A stretch of 64,000 nt of DNA, taken from positions 8,804,001-8,868,000 of the forward strand of contig OX442314.1 of the NCBI GenBank assembly GCA_949358305.1. Reading direction: 5' to 3'. Below, in pieces: positions 55,101-64,000 of this stretch. The stretch is from Strigamia acuminata (taxonomy: Eukaryota). How positions within the stretch are numbered: the stretch's first letter is position 1; each line of letters starts with the position of its first letter. The notes beneath the pieces are model-generated. The model saw only the letters and a list, made by a program, of their open reading frames with translations, searched no databases and was not told the DNA's origin. The translations under genes and the position numbers were made by a program.

Positions 55101-58100
55101 GGTACCGGGAACCGGGAATCGGAAAAAGGCGGGAAAACAGAAACCCTAACCTGAAGTAACTAAACAGTAACATTCAATAATTAAAAATATAATCTATGGC
55201 ATCAATTACCATGTTTACATGTACTCGGTTTTCCAGAAATGTTAAAATCCGGATTTTATTTATCCGTAAACCGTGTGCGTTTACATGGCATTAGTTTTCT
55301 AGTAAACACGACGCCGCATGTGAATTACCGATAATGCACTTTGATTATCTGGAACAACAAAATGGGTGTCGATCTATTTCAGCCCCTAAACAAATCAAAT
55401 TCTGACTGCAGAAATCGTGTTTTTAGTTCATTTCACATCATTTTCGGTACTAAGTGTCGTTGGTAGGTCGGTCTAACACAGGGGTCGGCAAGTAATTTTA
55501 AGTGGGGTCCAGATACTATTGAAAATTTTTATCGAGGTCCAGAAAAAAACACTTAAAAACCTTACTAAAAACCTAAGAAAATGGAAAAAACACTGAAAAA
55601 CCAAATAAACCCCCCAATAAACACACAACCCAAAAAATACCAATAAAACCTAAAAAAATAAAACAGGAAAAAACAGAAAAAACAAGAAAAGAAACACCGA
55701 AAAACCAAAGAAACCGAGGGAAAAACGTCGCTAAAACGTCACCGCGGTCCAAGTTTCGACCTTCCACGATCCGGATCTGGACCGTGGTCCGCCTGTTGCC
55801 GACCGCTGGTCTAACATATCGTTACTATGCCGATTCGACGATATTCCGATTAAAGTTTTTAATTTTTGCATGCATGTGTAGTTTTCAATGTGAAAAACTC
55901 CCAAAATCTACCTCGTACAACTGAAATTTAGTTTTCCGAATAAGTCTGTCTTTTCTGAAAAACTGTTTTATCAGATTTCCTGAAAAGTAAAAATTCGGAT
56001 TTTTACTTATCCAGATAACTGGGTACATGTAAACATGGTAAATATCTAAAATTAATTAATTAATTAAATTAAATAAAATATTAAAATTAATATTATCTCG
56101 TAAACCCGATTGAATACAATCAATTAAAGACCATACAAATATGGCCATTAATAAATCTGTGTACATACAGCTGTATCGCTACCACAGCAACCAAATCTAA
56201 AACGAAAGTCTTTCATCCAGTATATTCATTACGTAGTTCAATTCTTCTACCACAAGACCATCCGTTGAAAATAAAATATCAAATCATCATAAGTTCCTTT
56301 GCCTAATGCTGTGTGTTGGTTAGTTCTATTCAGGACTAAAATATTTCAATTTTGTTATATTATTTTATTTTTGATAAATGTCCCCAATTCTCATTAGTGA
56401 CGCCAGTTAGCCGCCCACGCGATGATTGTAGTTTGTTGTGTACGTAGTTACAATAATTCAGTCTTGGATCGTTCCTTTTGGGACTCAGGCCCGAGGAATA
56501 GAAAAGTCGGGTCTTTTCAGGTCTACTCATTGATTTATTAAGTGATGGTTGTCGGGGGAGAAAGTCCTGACAACCTTACATTGTTAAAACACGGTATGAT
56601 GCATTATACTGTATAAGCGTGTACACCACTTGGTTGTAATGGTGCGTGTCAATTGTAAACTCATTCGTTCATACAAATAAACTTTATAGAAGGACATAAT
56701 AGTTACTATACACAATAACTCATAATGGGACATGTTAAGTGCTAAATGTTAAATTGTTAAATATCAAACTAAAGACGTGCTTTGATCACCCTGTGTGGAA
56801 ATCAAGATGGCTGAAAATCAAGAAAATCAGAAAAGCGACCCCGCATGTAAATATTCAGAAATTCGATTTTCTGAAATCCGATTTCCAATTGATGACGTAA
56901 AAATCATCATTCCTGTCTCCAGAAATCAAGAAAATCAGCAAAATCAAAGAAATCCATTTAAGATTGAACGCACGTACTGATTAAAATCCTAAAATACTAA
57001 AATTCCGAAATCAACGATATCCTGGAAATTAGACTTGACCGATACCGGTATCGGCTATCGGCCAATATTTCTGTATTCACTGATATCGAATCCGATATTT
57101 TTTGGCGTGGCCGATACCGATATTGCCACGTTTCTAAAACGTATCGTTTTAGAAACGTGGCAATATACGTTATAGAAACGTGGCAATATCGGTAAACGTA
57201 TCGTTTTAGACTAAAACGATATGTTTTAGAAACGCTTTTGAAGCAGCATATATTATATACTGCTTCAAAAACGTTTCTAAAACATAAATAAATTAATAAA
57301 CGCAATTTTAATTTTATTTTTTTTATTTTGTGGGGTGGGGGGAGTCCGGACATTTTAATTTTAATATCGGCGCAGTTATTGGTATCGGCCGATATTCGGT
57401 TGCCGATTATCGGTGTCGGCGATACTGCAAAATATCGATATCGGTCAAAGTCTACTGGAAATCCAAGAAATCGTATGAAATCATATCAGAAATTATAGCA
57501 AAATCGAGCCAAATCTTTAAAGAAATCCACCTGAAATGCTAAAATCTACAAACCCATAGCAAATCCCTGAAATCTTTAAATAATCTCCTGAAGAGGTTTA
57601 TGTCGGCGTTTGAAATGAAGCCCCACCAAGAGGCGAAAAACTCAACCAATCCAGAAATAATTAAAAATTCTTTGTCCAAAAACTGGCATAATAGATGCAA
57701 ATGGAAATGAAGCGTACGACTTGTTTTGCTTGTTTGAAAACATTTGCACACCTTTGTGGTGGTGAACCTGCGGGAGGTGGGTGCGTCTGTCCATGTGTGC
57801 ATGGCATAGAGCTATTAAGTCCTAAAGGCGCCACTGCATTTTGCCACTATGAGCTGGGCATCAAATTTTTTTTTTTACATTTTTATTTCCGTCCTTGAGA
57901 AACGAAAATGAAAAAGCTCTCAGCAGGAGCACATCGTGCGAATTAATTTTTTTAAAATTTGTTTTTAAAATTTTTATTTTTGTTTTTTTTTAATTTTGGG
58001 TCTTTTTTTTGTTGTGAAAATTGATTTTTAAAATTGCTATTTAATGTGGCCTAGAAGAAGGTTGGGATGAATGATGGAAGGAGAAATGACTTTGTTAATC

Positions 58101-60791
58101 GAGTTGGCACTACGACTAAGATGGATTCGTTAAATTAGCAATCGAAGAAAAAATTAAAATTAAAATTAAATTAGTATGATAATTTGAAAAAATTTGAAAA
58201 AGAATTGTGAAAGAATTGTGAGAACTGTGAAAAAAATAATCAAAAAATGTAAAAAGTGGTCAAAAGATGTAAAAAAAATGATCAAAAGATGTCAAAAGTG
58301 ATCAAAAAATGTTAAAAATGATCAAAAAGGGTAAAAAAAATGATAAAAAAACGTAAAAAGTGATAAAAAAATGTAAAAAATGATCAAAAAGTGTAAAAAA
58401 AATGATCAAAAACAGTAATAAATGATCAAAATGATCAAAAATAGTAAAAAAAAATGATCAAAAATAGTAAAAAATGATCAAAAGTAGTAAAAATGATCAA
58501 AAACAGCAAAAAATGATCAAAAACAGTAAAAAATGATCAAAAACAGTAAAAAATGATCAAAATCAGCAAAAAATGATCAAAAACAGAAGAAAAAAAAATG
58601 ACCAAAAACAGCAAAAAATGATCAAAAGTAGCAATAAATAATCAAAATGATCATAAATAGCAAAAAATGATCAAAATCAGTAACAAAAAATGACCAAAAA
58701 CATCAAAAAATTATTAAAAACAAAAAAAAAGTAATCAAAAACAGTCAAAAATGATCAAAAACAACAAAAAATGATCAAAAACAGTCAAAAATAATCAAAA
58801 ACAGCAAAGAAACGATAAAAAAAATGATCATAAAATATAATCCATAAGTGTAAAAAATTTAAAAGTTAATTTTTTTAAAAATTTTCCACTACATTCTATA
58901 AAATCCAAAGACTCCTCATGCATTTATTACGCAATTCTATTTCCCTTCAAAACGTTACACAACACGTCCGCTATTTCCCACTTGTTATGACTCAAACTAA
59001 GCGAATCGAAATTCTTCCTCGTGCTGCACGAAACCAAAAAACCACGAACAACAATTCCGGAAGTAACTCGTTTTCGCAAACATTCACCGTGGTCAATCGA
59101 TGCACTTGAAACCACGTCCACTAATGCGCATCAACGCCATTACGCATCACATTGTATTCAAATTCAACACACCCAACATATTTCAGGATGTTGCGGCGAC
59201 AAATTCCACCCAAAAATCGCCGCAAACTCTCACCGCGCGGCGCCCATCAAAATGGCCGTCCGGCCACAGTTAGTGTGTTCAAACCTCAGCTTTATCAGCA
59301 AATCCTTGCATTGATCACTGATGACCTTAATACTCCAATCGTTTATTTTATTTTTACAGTTGATCTAAATTCACCAGGAAATAGGTTGAATAAATTCCAA
59401 CCTTGCTCGTATTCCCTTTATTGTACATTCCACGGGGAAATTTATGTTTAATTATTTTAAGTTTGACGTCTAAAATGGATAAGTTTATTTTTATTCCAAA
59501 TTCTAAACTTTTCCTTTTCGGTTAAAATTTTAACGACGTATGCAGCTAGTATCTGCATCATACCCAATGTTCGCTACAACCTGCGTGATACCAAGGGGTT
59601 TCATTAATGCGCCGCCTCGCAAAGCGATTTTGACGTCATCAAAAATGACGTCAGGTCACACCTGATTGACTGTGATCAAAATCGCAAACCAAAAAGTACT
59701 TTTTGATGACGTCAAAATCACTTGGCGACGCGATTCGCACCACATCGCTCCTAGTGTGTCCCCGGCATAAACTATACTCAAACCCACTCCAAGAGTGGCC
59801 TAACTCCCATTGGTCAGGCCTTATTACCCCTAAAGGTGGGTTCACACTTGTGTTCACACTAGGGGCGACGCAACGCAACGCAAGGAAAAAGTAATCAAAC
59901 GCAACGCAGAGTCTGTTCACACTGTACGGCACGTGTGAACAGAGCTGCAACAATTGATGCTGCGTCTGGCCAATCGGATGGTTTCAATGAAACCTGGAAT
60001 TGGATCTAGTTCTAGAACTAGTTCCAGAATCCGAAAATGGCGGCCTGTTTGCAAGAATTAACCACGCTAGCAGCCAAATTTGTTTGCCAGATTATTGGTC
60101 TGGCACGAACTAACTCGATTAAATTCGATTAAATTCACCGCTAGCCATGCTGATTTGAACCGCCGCCATTTTTAAAAATAATTTTCATGTGATAAAGTCT
60201 CATCAACCAAACGTGAATCGACGAGAGTTGAAGTCGATCGTGATTGGTTGGCCGCAAGACCTTTCCTTGCGTTGCGTCGCTTACTTCAACTCGGAGTTGA
60301 AGCAGGAATTGGCGTCAAGGTCAAGAATTTTTGGACGCAAGCAGCTTGCGTTGCGTCAGTTTTCCTGCGTTGCGTCTAGTGTGAACACAAGTGTGAACCC
60401 ACCTTAAGAGACTGTGCACTACCGCAAGGAAAAATCGCAGAAACTACCTTCCGCTTGATTTCGTGATTTTGCGTTTTACCGCTTTCGTGTTTTTGCAATT
60501 ACGCACATGATTGGTGGAACCATCTCTATTAAAAAAAATAAAAATAAAATAAATACTGACTTGTTGAATACAAGAGTCATCCAAAGCCCTTTGTATTGTG
60601 TGTGGTTTATTATTACTAAAAACACTAGTAAATGGCTTCGCTTTGTTGTTTTTACTCTTTTTCCCTGCCTTGGCATCACTGGCAACCTATAACAAAATCA
60701 ATCAATCTCTTTCCTTATTTCATTTCATTTCTTATCCTTTCTACCTTATCCTTATTTGGAGGTGATTTTCCAACTTCAGGATTTGCTGTGC
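49123..60791 (-). CDS. AHNAK/periaxin-type PDZ-domain protein with long low-complexity tail; 5' end not found in window
   Basis: Exons 60791-60745 and 60686-60561 (phase-compatible, lower confidence), 54445-54301 (EPEKLEVSLRGCDFTGLGFNICGNIRHGIYVRDVLHRGPASESGKIKA) and 51506-49123 (GDRILGVSVCFDQITIEDALTILSYASPYDVTLYIQK plus ~755 aa of Ser/Pro/acidic tail). The GLGF loop and the GDxI..F....EDAL.IL....PY.V motif match the periaxin/AHNAK2 PDZ pattern. Confidence 0.85.
51745..52183. mobile_element. MITE with 7-bp target duplication
   Basis: CTAGGTCAATCAACTACAGGACTTCTCATC ... GATGGGAAGTCCTGTAGTTGATCGTCCTAG; GTCAGAC on both flanks; additional internal inverted arms at ~51853-51896 and ~52016-52063. 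Confidence 0.8.
52242..52425. mobile_element. pogo/Tigger-like MITE; a related right end lies at ~12250-12302
   Basis: TA|CAGTCGAAACTCTTTATAACGAATCGC perfect 27-bp TIR; TA duplication. Confidence 0.9.
53510..54000 (+). repeat. 20-21-bp minisatellite (CCTTCAAATTTTGCCAATTTC)
   Basis: Tandem units; source of ORFs 53635-54024 and 53729-54043. Confidence 0.9.
54499..55148. mobile_element. hAT-like MITE with CCCGG-rich subtermini and internal ~53-bp repeats
   Basis: TAGGGTTTC...GAAACCCTA termini; flanks AACTAAAG/ACCTGAAG (6/8). Confidence 0.65.
55207..56040. mobile_element. PIF/Harbinger-like MITE hosting a nested hAT MITE
   Basis: TACCATGTTTACATGTAC...GTACATGTAAACATGGTA; AAT on both flanks. Confidence 0.75.
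55479..55808. mobile_element. hAT-type MITE (nested)
   Basis: CAGGGGTCGGCAA...TTGCCGACCGCTG; perfect 8-bp TSD GTCTAACA. Confidence 0.9.
57030..57454. mobile_element. hAT-type MITE (CCGATA subterminal repeats)
   Basis: TAGACTTGACCGATA...TATCGGTCAAAGTCTA; perfect 8-bp TSD CTGGAAAT. Confidence 0.88.
58230..58835 (+). repeat. ~20-bp minisatellite (AAAATGATCAAAAACAGTAA)
   Basis: About 28 degenerate tandem units. Confidence 0.9.
59834..60404. mobile_element. PIF/Harbinger MITE
   Basis: TAA|AGGTGGGTTCACACTTGTGTTCACACTAG ... CTAGTGTGAACACAAGTGTGAACCCACCT|TAA: perfect 29-bp TIR with TAA TSD. Confidence 0.92.
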
Positions 60792-61349
60792 CTACAAATA
60801 CAAAATATAAAAAAAAAAAATTAAAAACTCAGACAAGTCAGACAATTTGTAGCAATTGCAACACAAATCTTTCATTCTTTGATCAAGTAGTTTTTTTATA
60901 ATACTATTTTTATGAGAACAGATGATTGATTAGGTTTAATTACAGCTTGGTTGCATTTTTAGCTGACAGCACTTGCAATTCAAATTCAGTGCTTTTAAAT
61001 CCAGATACCAGAAGGAAAAAAATTAGACATCAAATCAATGAGTTAAGTGTCCTGGGTGGTTAAACATGTGTAATTAAGACTCACTTCTTCAATCTAATCT
61101 TGTAAACATTTTTTAAAAAAAAAATATTTTGTTTTTATTTATTTTAATTTTTGCTCCTTATAAAAATGCATGGAAAATTTGTACTCTTTACATGCAGTGT
61201 AGCAACAGCACAGAAAATCACTATTTATAGTGACCATGCTAATTTTTTCTGATGTAAAACCGTGTTGTAAAGGTTAGAGGAAGTCTATTCATTTTTAACA
61301 TTATTCTGTGGTTCAGGTGTTTTAAACTCTCAAATTGAACATAATATCA

Positions 61350-62180
61350 TCCAAAACTATTTAAAACATTTTTTAAATACTTAAACATCAATTTTACACC
61401 CTTTAAACCCATTTTACACACTTTAAACCCATTTTAAACTTTTCAAACCCAATTTTAAAACACTAAAATATCAATTGTAGACACTTTAAACCAATTTTAA
61501 ACATTACAAACCAATTTTACACCAATTTTAAACACTTTAAACCAATTTTAAACACTTTAAGCCAATTTTAAACACTAAAATATCAATTGTAGACACTTTA
61601 AACCAATTTTAAACATTTCAAACCAATTTTACACCAATTTTAGACATATAAAAACCAATTTTACACCAATTTTAGACATATAAAAACCAATTTTACACCA
61701 ATTTTAGACACATAAAAATCAATTTTAAACACTTAAAACTAATTTTAGATACTTAAAACCAATTTTAAACACTAAAATGTCAATTGTAGACACTTTAAAC
61801 CAACTTTACACCAATTTTAGACACTTTAAACCAACTTTACACCAATTTTAGACACTTAAAACCAATTTCAAATACTTTAAACCAATTTTAAACACTTTAA
61901 ACCAATTATGAACACTAAAATATCAATTTTAAACACTTTAAACCAATTATGAACACTAAAATATCAATTTTAAACACTTTAAACCAATTTTACACCAATT
62001 TTAGACACTTAAAACCAATTTTACACCAATTTGAGACACTTAAAACCAATTTTGAACACTTAAAGCTACTTGTAAACATTTTCAACCAATTTTAAACACT
62101 TCAAACCAATTGTAAACACATTCAAACAGATTTCAAACACCTAAAACCAACTTTAAACCAAACTAAAACCCAATTTAAAA
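61350..62180 (+). repeat. ~20/31-bp minisatellite (AAACCAATTTTAAACACTTT)
   Basis: Degenerate tandem units. Confidence 0.9.
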
Positions 62181-64000
62181 CTCTAACTACAACCCCCTGA
62201 ACCAAAACTAATTAGGCTTTCACCTTAATTGAACTAACCCCCCAAACACCCCGCCCCCCACCCAAAAAAAAAAACCCACCCCAAAACCCACCTAAAAAAA
62301 ATCAAAAACAAAAATTAAAACAAATCGATTCAGCGAACCAAAAATTCCTGCACATTTAATGTCACTTAAATTCAGTAGCGACATCTGGGCGTCGCCTAAA
62401 ACATATTCAAAACAGCCCATTTGATGGCAGCACTCACCTTGACCCCACGCCCCCACCACAATGACACATTCCCTCGCAAACAGGTGTGATACTCTCGCCA
62501 GGTGGGGTTAAAAGGCGTCCTTGATTTTTTTGTTTGCTTTTGTTTCCACAAACACAAGAAAAAGGGGCCACACTAAAATTGACTCACAAAAGTTCCCCAA
62601 ATTGCCTCAAAAGGTGTCACCAATCCCCGTTTTGGGCCATTTTAGGCCTTTTTAGTCCATTTTAGGCCCGAAAATGGTCAAATTTGTGTGATTTTATACG
62701 GGAAAGTTCACCATTCGTATAAATTGTTACTTTTTTTGTGTTTTTTAGACCATTTTAGGCCCAAAAATGGTGAAAATGCGCGATTTTTAGACTGCGAAGT
62801 TTTCAACCCTTTTTTCAATGTTGTTCGTATTCATGACTGCAGAGGTCGCGTATCAAGGTCGCCTGCTTTAGGAATGTTTAACAAAAAAGAAGAAAAGAAA
62901 AGATGGGAGCTACATAGCTATTTATTAAACACGTTTTTCACTTGTTGACCGAGTAGAAAATATCTTTTATTCGATTTCAAGGTTGTTTCGATGCATGTGT
63001 GCGCGAATTGTCTGTTTTGTGTTCAAAATTGGCTAAATCTAAATAAATAAATAACTTTATTTAGTTATTTATTCATTTCTTCATTTATTTTACGTGTAAC
63101 TGATCGTTGCAATTGCAATTTTTCCAATAAAAACAATTTAAAAACAATCGAAACGATTGTACGGAAAATCTCTCTCGCCCATGCCGCGTACGACACGCCT
63201 TGGTCGGCCTGCTCCAACCCCGATTCCCGTGCTCTTCGTAGCAGTCGCATAATCCTCGAAACAAAATCAATTTTTTTTAAAAACTTATGTTGTACTGGTT
63301 GTTTTTCACCGAGTATAAAACGTTTAATTATTGAAAAAAGCAATAATTATTTCTAATTGAGGAAGACGGGGGGTTCGCGAGTGTTGCTAGTATCGCATCG
63401 CTGAATATGCGTCTTTCCCAATTCCGCCGCCAGAGGGGGATAAATGCGTGCTCCAGCTCGTGTTTTTTCAATTTCCATTTCGTCCATAATTAGCAGTTTC
63501 CTCTCTGTTACATAAAAATTCATCTCATTCTGCCTTTTCCACCGCTGCATACTGATAAATAAAATGCGATTTAACCTTCAGATTCACTGCCCAGTTAAAT
63601 TACTGGTCAGTGAAGGCATTTTTGACCATTTTGTTGCTCAGCAATTTCAAGAAAAATAGGTCAACTCAGCGATTTAACGCTTTTTATGACAAGAGAAAAT
63701 CATGATCAGACCATCAATAAACAACTGATAGTGTGATAAATCCATCAAAATGTGCTGTTAATTGATTCCTCCTCTCAAAAATGTCAAGAGAAACAACATT
63801 TGAGGTCAAACAAGTGTTTTGTTTTGCTTGTATTTAGTGTGTGGCGCTTCTGGTTGTGAGTTAATGCCATCTGCACACACCAGACTGCTCGATTCTATTG
63901 GAATCAGCAGCATCTGGTGAGAATTACTGGAGAAATTGTCCAAGAAAGTTGAAAATGTTACTTTTCTTCAAAAGGGGTCTGACAATCAGAATATGCGTGG

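Noticed and set aside
62438..63550. GC-richer patches and a GTGAG donor near 62437 as upstream exons of the PDZ gene
   Set aside because: No phase-1-compatible coding exon with a start codon could be assembled; left unresolved.

Overview
AT-rich animal (invertebrate-like) genomic DNA with spliceosomal introns; the species cannot be named from the sequence alone. Five protein-coding genes can be assembled by hand with phase-consistent GT-AG junctions. (1) The 3' end of an Argonaute (+, 1-588). (2) A complete 15-exon dual-domain MSK/RPS6KA5 (JIL-1 family) kinase (-, 7560-39114) with two alternative first coding exons. (3) A 9-exon calmodulin-lysine N-methyltransferase CAMKMT (-, 39389-42505). 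(4) Head-to-head with CAMKMT, an 8-exon gene (+, 42988-46472) fusing a 3-hydroxyacyl-CoA-dehydrogenase-type NAD-binding domain that has lost its catalytic Ser/His to a C-terminal RING-HC finger, with a perfect RFX X-box 90 bp upstream. (5) A 5'-incomplete AHNAK/periaxin-type PDZ gene (-, 49123-60791) with a 2.4-kb terminal exon. The rest is a decayed pogo-like transposase, many MITEs (Tc1/mariner-pogo, hAT and PIF/Harbinger types, several nested) and many unrelated minisatellites. Best candidate for an undescribed system: a dinucleotide-binding pseudo-dehydrogenase/RING E3 ligase, possibly under RFX (ciliary) control. Second: a recurring G/T-to-C/A strand-skew flip centred on minisatellites whose units are multiples of about 10 bp. 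All exon models are manual predictions without transcript support.
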